DNA of 64,000 nt from Chloroflexota bacterium (lineage in GTDB: Bacteria; Chloroflexota; UBA11872; VXNJ01), in the NCBI GenBank assembly GCA_026707405.1, contig JAPOWW010000004.1, forward strand, positions 213,181-277,180, in the 5' to 3' direction. How positions within the stretch are numbered: position 1 is the stretch's first letter; each line of letters opens with the position of its first letter. Below, piece after piece: positions 56,253 through 64,000 of the stretch. The notes under the pieces were generated by a model. It was not told the origin of the DNA. It searched no databases and saw only the letters and a program-made list of their open reading frames with translations. The translations under genes were made by a program, and so were the position numbers.

Positions 56253-56496
56253 TTGCCGCTTTGGCGGCGTAATAAGAGTCTAGCGAACGGTCGGCGGACT
56301 TGTATCCATCGCACAAAAGAGATGCAGGCGAAGATGGTTCGTGGAGTGCCAACGCCAAGTGCCGCTCGCACAGCCGGACCCATATCTTCCGGAATCTCCC
56401 CAGTCCCGAGACCAGGTTGCTGGACTTGGCGATACGGCGGGACAGCTACATGATCGAACGCCGCTACTGCTCCGACGCCCGGCGTCGCGCGAGAGC

Positions 56497-57678
56497 CTAG
56501 CGCACTGCCTTGTAAGCCTTGTACGCGCCGCGCGATAACGTCGAGAAGGCATTGGCGAAACTAAAAAGCCGGCGGCGGTCCGGCAGGAATTCGGCAGCGT
56601 CCAGATCTTCGATGGCCGCCAGTGTTCTGCGCAGGCTGACTTCCGCCAGCCGACGGCTCCGGTCAAATGGCAAGTCCACGCCGCCGCACAGGAAGACCGC
56701 GACCACGAGGCGGCCCAGCACATATTCTCGATAGAGGCGCCAGCATTCTTCGAAGGTGAAGTCGTTGACTCCCATACCGCAAAGGATGTCGTGGTACTCC
56801 TCCAGCGATTCGCGCTCGATCTGGCGGCGGACTTCGGTCGAAACGCTGCTGCCAAGAAGGAAGGCCACGTCCCACAAGCCGCAGGCAAGCCCGCTGATCT
56901 GCCAGTCGACCAAGGTCAGGTCTTCGCTGGCGCCGGGGCCGAAGAACATGTTGTCCAGCCGGAAGTCGCCGTGTACGAAGGTCTTGGGTCCGGCCGCGGC
57001 CTCGCCGATATGGTCGGCGACCCGCGGCCCGTAGGCTTCGGCCAGGCGGCGCATCTCGTCCGAGAAGGCGTCGCCGAAGCGATTTAACGTCGGAACAAGG
57101 CTTGCCAAATAGACGATCTGCAGTAATGGCCGGTACTTCGCGGCAAAGATGTCGTGCAAACCGGATAGCGGCGGCCGGTCTACCTTGTTCCAATAGTGTC
57201 CGTGCAGTTTGGCAGCCGCGCGGATGGCGCGTTTTGCGTGCTCCCCGCTGGCGCCTTCTATCTCGTCGAACACGTCCATGCCGCGAAGGTCTTCGAGCAC
57301 CAGGACGAAGCGGTGGCTGCTCGCTTCGAAGTCGCCGTAGAGCAGCCTCGGTGATCGGAGCGGGCTGTGCCGCGACAGGTGGCGATAGTACGCGTATTCT
57401 CGCCTGTAGAGCCGTTGCCATTTGCCCATGCGGAGAGTCTTGCGGTGGGTGCTGGGCAGCTTAACGACGACGGACTCCGGCGCGGCGCGGGCGTCGTCGC
57501 GATAGGTCAGGTGGCAGCGCAGGATCTCCGCCAAGATGCCGACTCCGGCGCCGATGTCTTTGACAACGACGTCCTCTATCGCCGGAAGACCGGACGCGGC
57601 GCCCGCTGTCAGCGCCTGCCGTAGCCATTCAGCGGTTATAGCGTTTCTGTTTTCGGGTATTGCCGGACTGCTCGCCAC
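56497..57678 (-). CDS. phosphotransferase-family protein (APH/ChoK/EcKL-like kinase fold)
   Basis: Brenner-type catalytic motif HGDFRLDN and downstream D-W motif (LVDWQ) typical of aminoglycoside/choline/ecdysteroid-kinase-like enzymes. 393 aa. Confidence 0.7.
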   Translation of the reverse strand: MASSPAIPENRNAITAEWLRQALTAGAASGLPAIEDVVVKDIGAGVGILAEILRCHLTYRDDARAAPESVVVKLPSTHRKTLRMGKWQRLYRREYAYYRHLSRHSPLRSPRLLYGDFEASSHRFVLVLEDLRGMDVFDEIEGASGEHAKRAIRAAAKLHGHYWNKVDRPPLSGLHDIFAAKYRPLLQIVYLASLVPTLNRFGDAFSDEMRRLAEAYGPRVADHIGEAAAGPKTFVHGDFRLDNMFFGPGASEDLTLVDWQISGLACGLWDVAFLLGSSVSTEVRRQIERESLEEYHDILCGMGVNDFTFEECWRLYREYVLGRLVVAVFLCGGVDLPFDRSRRLAEVSLRRTLAAIEDLDAAEFLPDRRRLFSFANAFSTLSRGAYKAYKAVR

Positions 57679-57867
57679 GCGCCCTATCCCGTGTTTGTTT
57701 CAGCCGCCAGTCTAATGTCGCGGAGAATCAGCCCAAGCCTAGTCCATCATCGTGACTTGAGAAGAGGGCCGCCCCTGCGCCACTCAAATAGGCTCGTCAG
57801 GATATCTTCAAATTGCCGGGTGAAGCTGCTAAGCGCCATGGGTGGCCCGGTTCTAACGGGCCGGCGG

Positions 57868-57943
57868 TGGTGGGCGATGCAGGGCTCGAACCTGCGACCT
57901 CTACGGTGTAAACGTAGCGCTCTCCCGGCTGAGCTAATCGCCC
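57868..57943 (-). tRNA. tRNA-Val (anticodon TAC), CCA encoded
   Basis: Reverse complement GGGCGATTAGCTCAGCCGGGAGAGCGCTACGTTTACACCGTAGAGGTCGCAGGTTCGAGCCCTGCATCGCCCACCA. Anticodon stem CTACG/CGTAG with loop TTTACAC. Confidence 0.9.
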
Positions 57944-58085
57944 GGCATGGCTCCGTGGAGCCGATGCTGGAATTCCCCTCGGCGCAGACTGGCGAAGCGA
58001 GCGCGGACCACGCGCGCGATGTACGCATAGTCCGCCGTTCGCACAGGCCGGGTGCCGCCCGCCTTCTTATCGCTATTCCCTAAGG

Positions 58086-58952
58086 CTAGGGCCCCGCTCC
58101 GCTCGGCTGCCCCGCGTTCACGAACACGGGCAGTCCGGTATTCGGGCTAACCGGAACGTATATCACGTTGCCGTCTTTCTGCTCGGCGAGATTCTCGATG
58201 TAAAGGAACTGCAGGTACTCCGGAGTCAGGGTGGAGTTGATCAGCTCCTGCGCATCCCTTATTCCCGCGGCTTCCTCGCGTCGGCGGTTCGCCTCCTCCG
58301 TAGCCTCTTCAACCCGGAACCGGCGTTCCTGGATCTGCTGCTCGGCGGCGAGCTTCGATTCGATCGCCTGTTGAATCACCGGGGGAAGCGCCACGTCTCT
58401 CAGCAGCACGCGCTCGACCGTTACTCCACGCGGATCCAGGTCCGCGATCAGCGAGTCCTGTATCTCGACACCGACGCGTTCGCGCGCCACGTTATAGAGG
58501 TCCTCGGCGGTGTACTGGGCGACGACGTCCCGGATTGCGTTGCGGATTGCCGGACGAATGATGATTCCTCGGTAGTCAGGGCCTATCGTGCTGAAAACGA
58601 TAGGGGCTTGATCGGGCTGTAGGGAGAACCACACCGTGAGGTCGAGTCCGACGGTCAGTCCTTCCGAAGTAAGCGTCCGAATCGTGTCGCCTGCCACCAG
58701 CGATTGTTCTTCGGCGACCGATCCCATGGTGAACTGCTGAGTCCGTACGCTCATAGTTTCCAACGCCGCCCACGGCGCCTTGAAGGTCAGTCCCGGCTGC
58801 CTGGGTGTGGTGTCGACGACACCGAACGTGTGGATAACTCCTACTTCACCGACGCCGACTATCCGGATGCTGAAGAGTGCCAAGAGAAGCACAACGGCTA
58901 TTCCCAGCACCGTGATGCCGAGTGCGGTAGACCCCATTCGCGATTGCACCAT
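58086..58952 (-). CDS. SPFH/Band 7 (prohibitin-like) membrane protein
   Basis: N-terminal TM anchor followed by the SPFH domain (GEVGVIHTFGVV..., coiled-coil EQQIQERRFRVEEATEEANRRREEA). Confidence 0.85.
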   Translation of the reverse strand: MVQSRMGSTALGITVLGIAVVLLLALFSIRIVGVGEVGVIHTFGVVDTTPRQPGLTFKAPWAALETMSVRTQQFTMGSVAEEQSLVAGDTIRTLTSEGLTVGLDLTVWFSLQPDQAPIVFSTIGPDYRGIIIRPAIRNAIRDVVAQYTAEDLYNVARERVGVEIQDSLIADLDPRGVTVERVLLRDVALPPVIQQAIESKLAAEQQIQERRFRVEEATEEANRRREEAAGIRDAQELINSTLTPEYLQFLYIENLAEQKDGNVIYVPVSPNTGLPVFVNAGQPSGAGP

Positions 58953-59278
58953 CCTGTTTCCTCCTAGGCTGCTAGCGGCTCGACTCTCATCGGGGTGTTG
59001 CTCGCGTGGCGGCCATTGGCGTGGTAGTTAATGTCCGATTACTTCGCCAATATGATGGTAGCACTTCCACCCGTTCGCGGTGGTCATAATCGTGAAGATT
59101 CGATCCTCCCATAACACCTCTGGCTTTAGGAGCGCATTCGCCGTAAATTTGGAATTGAAACGTTCGCGGATCGTGAGTTCGGTATAGCGTCCGTGTTTGC
59201 GAGTTTGCGGCAGTTGCTCCGGCAAGAAAGGACTCGATTAAATCGCCTACGCGTAACTTACTGACTCGACGACGCCTT

Positions 59279-60649
59279 TTGGGCGGGATGGCGGGATATG
59301 CCGCTGTTTTGGCAATCGCCGGATGCAACGGCGACGAACCGCCCTCCCCGGAAGTCCCATCCCCGCCCAAGCAACGGCAAGTGGCTGTGCCGACCGTGGC
59401 CGCCCCGACCGTGGCCGCGCCTACCGCGGAGCCTCCACCGGCTCCAACCTCACCAGCTGCCAAGGCGGCAACCACGGCGCCACCTCCGCCGACTCCGACG
59501 ACCGAAGCCGCGCCCACCGCTGAGGCCTCGCCGACGGCCGAGGCGGAAGCGGAGGCCGAGCCAACGCCCACTCCCGAAGTCGCCGTTACCAAAGAGGCCC
59601 AAGAGCCGGTAACCGGCGGGCTGAGACCACTAGAGGCATACGGCTTCCAGGCCCACCTCTATAACCAGGACCGGTCGCTTCTCACGCGTCTTACCAGGGA
59701 GGCCGGCTTCGATTGGCTCAAGCAGCAGGTCGTCTGGTTCTATACCGAGCCCGAGCAGAAAGGCGGTTATGACTGGCGTGAGCTGGACAAGGTCGTGACC
59801 GCCGTTAATGACGCCGGCCTTAAGTTCCTGATTAGCGTCGTTAGAGCGCCTACTTGGGCGCTTAACGGCCGCGATCACGGGCCTCCGGAGAATCTGGCGG
59901 ATCTGACCGATTTCATGCAGGCGCTGTCCAGCAGGTACCGGGGACATGTTCACGCGTACGAAGTGTGGAACGAAGCGAACCTCTCCCGCGAATGGGGATA
60001 CGGCCGCCTGAACGCCGGTGAGTTTGTCGAGTTGCTGGGCGCGGGACACCGTGGAATCAAGGCAGGCGATCCCGACGCGGTCATCATAGGCGGCGCGCTC
60101 ACGCCCGCCGGAGACGTGGATGTTCCCGATCAGAAGATCCAGGCCATCGACGATCTGCGATTCTTGCGGCAGATGTACGAGTACAACGGCGGGGTGGTAA
60201 GGGACTATTTCGACGCCTGGGGAATGCATCCCGGCGGGTTCAACAACGCGCCCGACCAGGCGATGGGGTCCGACAGAGGGAACGGCTGGAACGGCCATCA
60301 CAGCTTCTACTTTCTGCGGTTCACCGAGCACCGCCAGGTGATGGAGGAGTTTGGCGACGGCCACAAGCCCATCTGGTTCACCGAGTTTGGCTGGAGCACT
60401 GAAAACCAAGATCCGAACTATGGCTTCGGCAAAGACAACTCCGAGCAAGACCAGGCGGATTTCCTGGTCAGGGCGTTCGATGTGATCAGAGCCGACTTTC
60501 CCTACGTGACGCATATGTTCGTCTGGAATCTGAATTTCCAGATGGTCGTCGGACCGGAAGATGAAAAGTATCCGTTCGGCGTCATCAAGAGCGACGGCAG
60601 CCCGAGACCCGCCTACGAAGCATTGAAGACGATGGACAAGGGGCGTTAG
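59279..60649 (+). CDS. secreted lipoprotein with Pro/Ala/Thr-rich linker and C-terminal glycoside hydrolase (GH5-like TIM barrel) domain
   Basis: Lipobox LAIAG-C. About 90-aa PAT-rich low-complexity linker. Catalytic-core-like blocks YEVWNEAN (acid/base NE) and IWFTEFGWS (nucleophile E). True start possibly upstream (in-frame TRRRLLGG Tat-like motif with no canonical start). Confidence 0.6.
   Translation: MGGMAGYAAVLAIAGCNGDEPPSPEVPSPPKQRQVAVPTVAAPTVAAPTAEPPPAPTSPAAKAATTAPPPPTPTTEAAPTAEASPTAEAEAEAEPTPTPEVAVTKEAQEPVTGGLRPLEAYGFQAHLYNQDRSLLTRLTREAGFDWLKQQVVWFYTEPEQKGGYDWRELDKVVTAVNDAGLKFLISVVRAPTWALNGRDHGPPENLADLTDFMQALSSRYRGHVHAYEVWNEANLSREWGYGRLNAGEFVELLGAGHRGIKAGDPDAVIIGGALTPAGDVDVPDQKIQAIDDLRFLRQMYEYNGGVVRDYFDAWGMHPGGFNNAPDQAMGSDRGNGWNGHHSFYFLRFTEHRQVMEEFGDGHKPIWFTEFGWSTENQDPNYGFGKDNSEQDQADFLVRAFDVIRADFPYVTHMFVWNLNFQMVVGPEDEKYPFGVIKSDGSPRPAYEALKTMDKGR
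59390..59418 (+). repeat. short tandem repeat (two near-perfect copies of CCGACCGTGGCCGC, period 15) inside the PAT-rich linker coding region
   Basis: Encodes VAAPT-VAAPT within the low-complexity linker of the lipoprotein. Confidence 0.5.
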
Positions 60650-60696
60650 GCACCCAAACCCCGTATAGTCTCAAAATATCCGGTCTCGTAGCGCTT

Positions 60697-61752
60697 TTGG
60701 GGGACAAGAGCATGACGGACGAACGAATTGGCCTGGGATTCATAGGCGCGGGCGACATCGTGCGGACGCGCCATCTGCCCGGTTTCGACAAGATCCCAGG
60801 AGTCGAGTTTGCCGCTGTGGCGAACAGGAGCCGCGAGTCGGCGTCGCGCGTCGCCGCCGATTTTGGGATCGCGGACGTCTGCGGCGACTGGCGGGAGGTA
60901 ATAGACCACCCTAACGTCGACGCGGTCGTTATCGGTACGTGGCCCTACAAGCACAGCGAGTATGGGATCGCTGCACTTGAAGCTGGCAAGCACGTGTTCA
61001 GCCAGGCGCGCCTGGCCATGGACGCGGCCGATGCCCGGAGGATGGTCGCGGCGGCTGCTGAATCCGGCCTGACCACGATGGTCTGTCCGCCGCCGCACGG
61101 CATGAGGGTCGAGCCGACCGTAATGCGTATGGTCGCCGATGGCTTTCTCGGCGACCCGGTGCACGTAGTCGTCCGGCACTTTCAGCCCAGCTACATGGAA
61201 GCGGCGACCCCGCTCCATTGGCGTCAGATCTCCGAGTATTCCGGCTTCCACACCCTTACCTTGGGCATATTCGCCGAGATCGTCGGCAGGTGGTTCGGGT
61301 ACGCAGCCGAAGTATCTGCAGTCGACGCGACTTTCACGCCTGAGCGGCCACTGATCGACGGTTCGGGTTCCGGGGCCGTGGGCCGGCCCGACTCGGTCTT
61401 CATCGCCGGTCGAATGGAAAGCGGCGCGACTCTGTCCTATGCATTCAGCGGCGTCGTCGGCGCTCCGTCCGGAAACGTCATCGAGGGATACGGGCTGAGC
61501 GGATCGCTTCGATACCTTGAAGATGAAGACGTCCTGCTGGCGGCGTCGGCTCCTGACTGGGTCGAGGAAGAGGTCCAGATCGCGCCTGGCGATGAGGGCG
61601 GCTGGCGGGTCGAAGAGGAGTTCATCCAGGCGATCAGAGAGGGCCGCAGCGGCAACCCCTCCTGGGAAGAAGGGTTGAAGTATATGCAGTTTGTAGAAGC
61701 TGTTGAAGAATCGGCGCGTACAGGCCGGTCGGCGTCAGTCTCTTCGGTCTAG
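60697..61752 (+). CDS. Gfo/Idh/MocA-family oxidoreductase
   Basis: Rossmann RIGLGFIGAGDIVRTRHLP, conserved EAGKHV, C-terminal domain. 351 aa. Confidence 0.85.
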   Translation: MGDKSMTDERIGLGFIGAGDIVRTRHLPGFDKIPGVEFAAVANRSRESASRVAADFGIADVCGDWREVIDHPNVDAVVIGTWPYKHSEYGIAALEAGKHVFSQARLAMDAADARRMVAAAAESGLTTMVCPPPHGMRVEPTVMRMVADGFLGDPVHVVVRHFQPSYMEAATPLHWRQISEYSGFHTLTLGIFAEIVGRWFGYAAEVSAVDATFTPERPLIDGSGSGAVGRPDSVFIAGRMESGATLSYAFSGVVGAPSGNVIEGYGLSGSLRYLEDEDVLLAASAPDWVEEEVQIAPGDEGGWRVEEEFIQAIREGRSGNPSWEEGLKYMQFVEAVEESARTGRSASVSSV

Positions 61753-61757
61753 GCTCA

Positions 61758-62621
61758 ATGGTCCGGTATCAGGATCGGTGGGTGACGGCTGACGGCCTTC
61801 GGACGCGGTACTGGGAGATCGGCGAGGGGCCGCCGGTTATCTTGCTTCACGGTATCGGCGCGCACGCCGGTTTCTGGCGGGCGTCTATACCGGCGCTTTC
61901 GGACACCTATCGAGTCATTGTCCCGGACCTGTGCGGCAGCGGTCGAAGCGAAGTCCCGCGCGAAGTTTCGCGAGCGGTCTTCGTCGGCTGGCTCGCCGGT
62001 TTCATCGACGCCGTAGGGGCGTCGCCGGCGAGTCTTGTGGCGAGTTCGATGGGAGGCGCAATAGCGCTCGCCGCCGCGCTCGACCATCGCGAAAAGGTCC
62101 AGACGCTCATTCTTGTGGATCCCGTGGGCCTCGGCAGGAGCGTGGGATACGCGTTCCGCGTCGCCAGCATACCTATCGTGGGCGAGCTCGTGGTGCCGTC
62201 GGATGCCAAAGGCATTCGCCGTCAGCTGCTGCGGCTCAGCTATGACGACGACTGGCTCTCGGACGATCTGACAGCGGAAACCGAGGAGCTCGCTCGGGAT
62301 CGGGAGCACAGGCGCTTCTTCTTCAAGTCGCTTCGCTGGGGGGTAAGCTGCATTCGTGGGATGCGCCCATCCACCCTGCTGGCTGACGAGCTTCGGAATC
62401 TCTCGATTCCCGTGCTAGTAGTCTGGGGGCGGCACGACGGCGTTTTTCCGGTTAAGCTGGCGAAAGTTGCCGCGGAACGAATACGTGGAGCCGACCTGGT
62501 TGTGATGGACCGTTGCGGGCACATGCCTCATCTCGAGCGCCCCGAGGAGTTCAATGCCCACGTTCGTCGGTTTCTACAGTCGGCGTTGACACCATCTGGC
62601 ACGCCGCCGAGCCCGAACTGA
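61758..62621 (+). CDS. alpha/beta-fold hydrolase
   Basis: HG oxyanion motif (ILLHGIGAHAG), nucleophile elbow ASSMGG, C-terminal catalytic His (CGHMPHLERPEEF). Confidence 0.8.
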   Translation: MVRYQDRWVTADGLRTRYWEIGEGPPVILLHGIGAHAGFWRASIPALSDTYRVIVPDLCGSGRSEVPREVSRAVFVGWLAGFIDAVGASPASLVASSMGGAIALAAALDHREKVQTLILVDPVGLGRSVGYAFRVASIPIVGELVVPSDAKGIRRQLLRLSYDDDWLSDDLTAETEELARDREHRRFFFKSLRWGVSCIRGMRPSTLLADELRNLSIPVLVVWGRHDGVFPVKLAKVAAERIRGADLVVMDRCGHMPHLERPEEFNAHVRRFLQSALTPSGTPPSPN

Positions 62622-62674
62622 CGTTGGCGTTCGTTTTACCCGCTTCAGCTTCAGACTTAATGTAGGGACATTAA

Positions 62675-63451
62675 ATGAGATTTGGCGTCGTGACGGGATC
62701 AGAGACCTTGGCAGCAGCCCGGGATATCGGGTTCGATTTCGTGGAAATACCGCTTGCCCGCGAGGTCAGCCCGCTTTTGAGCCGGAGTGAGCGAGCCGCC
62801 AAGAGCAAATTGCTCGCGGACGCGCCACTTCCCGTGGAAGCCGGCTGCGTGTTCTTCCCCGCGGAGATGAAGGTCATTGGTCCAGATACGAACGACTCCG
62901 CGGTGACGGAATATGTGTCCGCCGTTCTGGATAGGTGCTCGGAACTGGGAATGGAAATCGTCGTCTTCGGAAGCGGGAACTCTCGCAATATTCCCGACGG
63001 ATTCCCGATTGAACAGGCCGAAGATCAGGTGGATGCTCTCTTGCAGATGATGGGCGATGAGGCGCAAACGCGGGGGATGACCGTGGTCATCGAGCCGCTC
63101 AACACCGGGGAGTGCAACTGGATTAACTCGGTGGAAGAGGCGGCGGACATCGTGGCGCGAATCGACCATCCCAACGTCAAGGTGCTAGCCGATCTCTACC
63201 ATATTTCCGTCGAAAAGGAGGGCTTTCACGGCATGCTTGGGGCAGGCTACGACGTGGAGCACGTGCACGTGTCGAGCGCCGACCGCAGTCCTCCCCGGGA
63301 AGACGGCGCCGACTGGACTTCGATGTTCCGGGCCTTGAAGGCCCTCGGTTACGACTCGCGCCTGTCGATGGAGTGCCGTTGGACAGACTTCGAACGAGAA
63401 GCGCCTGACGCGCTCGCCTTCCTCAAGCGGGCGTGGGACGAGGCCTTTTGA
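62675..63451 (+). CDS. sugar phosphate isomerase/epimerase (xylose isomerase-like TIM barrel)
   Basis: Blocks DFVEI, VVIEPLN, LADLYHISVEKEG, HVHVSSADR. Confidence 0.8.
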   Translation: MRFGVVTGSETLAAARDIGFDFVEIPLAREVSPLLSRSERAAKSKLLADAPLPVEAGCVFFPAEMKVIGPDTNDSAVTEYVSAVLDRCSELGMEIVVFGSGNSRNIPDGFPIEQAEDQVDALLQMMGDEAQTRGMTVVIEPLNTGECNWINSVEEAADIVARIDHPNVKVLADLYHISVEKEGFHGMLGAGYDVEHVHVSSADRSPPREDGADWTSMFRALKALGYDSRLSMECRWTDFEREAPDALAFLKRAWDEAF

Positions 63452-63512
63452 TTGTGAGCCGGGCCGTGACTCTTGGAATCAGCAAGAATGAACAGGGCGG
63501 GAACGGGAGGAA

Positions 63513-64000
63513 TTGACCATAGAAGATAAACAGCGGTGCAAATGGGCCAACGTCAGCCCTGAGATGTCCGTATATCACGACGAAGAATGGGGCGTGCCTC
63601 CGGCGGACGACGACGCCTACTTCGAGTCCCTGACGCTGGAGATCTTCGAGGCCGGTCTCAACTGGACGCTCATCTTCAACAAACGGGAAGGTTTCAGGGC
63701 CGCATTCGACGGGTTCGCCGTGGAGGCCGTCGCGGAGTATTCGGACGACGACGTGGAACGCATCATGGCTTCCCCGGACATCGTGCGAAATCGCCGGAAG
63801 ATCGTTGCCAGCATCGCCAACGCTCAGCGGTTTCGGGAGCTTCAGATAGAGAATGGCTCCTTTAGAGACTGGCTCGAAGGTCTTGAAGGCGATGAACCCG
63901 CGCTGATCGCCGAATTGAGAAAGCAGTTCAAGTTCGCGGGACCGTCTGTCTCTCGCAGCTTCCTTCACGACGTGGGCAGGACTCCCGAGCCTCACTATCC
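63513..64000 (+). CDS. tag: DNA-3-methyladenine glycosylase I (partial, continues beyond window end)
   Basis: KQRCKWAN...YHDEEWGVP...FESLTLEIFEAGLNWTLIFNKREGFRAAFDGF matches the Tag family, including the N-terminal Cys of the zinc snap motif. TTG 63513 preferred over ATG 63564, which would delete that Cys. Confidence 0.8.
   Translation, partial: MTIEDKQRCKWANVSPEMSVYHDEEWGVPPADDDAYFESLTLEIFEAGLNWTLIFNKREGFRAAFDGFAVEAVAEYSDDDVERIMASPDIVRNRRKIVASIANAQRFRELQIENGSFRDWLEGLEGDEPALIAELRKQFKFAGPSVSRSFLHDVGRTPEPHY

Noticed and set aside
57691-58083. ORFs 57691..58083 (+) and 57747..58028 (-), and similarly 55246..55434 (-) and 56018..56209 (-)
   Set aside because: They overlap tRNA-Val, tRNA-Gln and tRNA-Phe respectively. 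The tRNA cloverleaves are unambiguous.
59340-59600. Repetitive GC-rich sequence (CCGACCGTGGCCGC tandem copies, repeated GCC/ACC codons) considered as a possible repeat array
   Set aside because: It is in-frame coding sequence for a Pro/Ala/Thr-rich linker of the lipoprotein. There is no spacer-repeat periodicity, so it is not a CRISPR or a mobile repeat.
1-64000. Search for mobile elements, CRISPR arrays, prophage or defence islands
   Set aside because: No integrase, transposase, recombinase, terminal inverted repeats, phage structural genes or spacer-repeat arrays were recognisable. Gene content is core housekeeping with conserved local syntenies (der-plsY, yebC-ruvCAB, glmU-prs, recO-gly).

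Overview
High-GC (roughly 60-65%) bacterial chromosomal segment, densely packed with conserved housekeeping genes on both strands. No rRNA, CRISPR array, integrase or transposase was detected. Many long antisense ORFs in the six-frame track are high-GC artefacts. Main content, left to right: partial D-aminoacylase-like amidohydrolase; TPP-dependent (acetolactate-synthase-like) enzyme; cmk; plsC; der; plsY; zinc-ribbon membrane protein coupled to recX; a long minus-strand array nnr-acpS-FecR-like membrane protein-acyP-ruvB-ruvA-ruvC-yebC; rarA overlapping a MoxR AAA+ / DUF58 / DUF4129 operon; class V aminotransferase; AlkD-like alkylation repair protein; nadC; ogt translationally coupled to a second MoxR paralog; tRNA-Gly(CCC); large PP2C-like/TM/NHL-propeller membrane protein; infC (apparent AUA start); aspS; ECF sigma / RskA-like anti-sigma pair; two ABC exporter genes; AI-2E transporter; uvrC; a Gfo/Idh/MocA + xylose-isomerase-like TIM-barrel cluster (further copies near the 3' end); ZIP metal transporter; a ~1 kb low-coding stretch; MFS transporter; glyQS; recO; EamA; CNNM/hemolysin-family protein; prs; glmU; tRNA-Gln, tRNA-Phe and tRNA-Val interleaved with MOSC and an EcKL/APH-like kinase; SPFH protein; lipoprotein glycoside hydrolase; oxidoreductase; alpha/beta hydrolase; isomerase; partial tag. 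Points worth follow-up: non-canonical infC start, a 2-nt frame problem at the 5' end of an ABC exporter gene, the MoxR/DUF58/DUF4129/rarA overlap operon plus an orphan MoxR-ogt pair, a probable PP2C pseudophosphatase fused to a periplasmic NHL propeller, recX decoupled from recA, a candidate oxidative glycoside-cleavage cluster, and a perfect 26-bp palindrome in a divergent promoter region.
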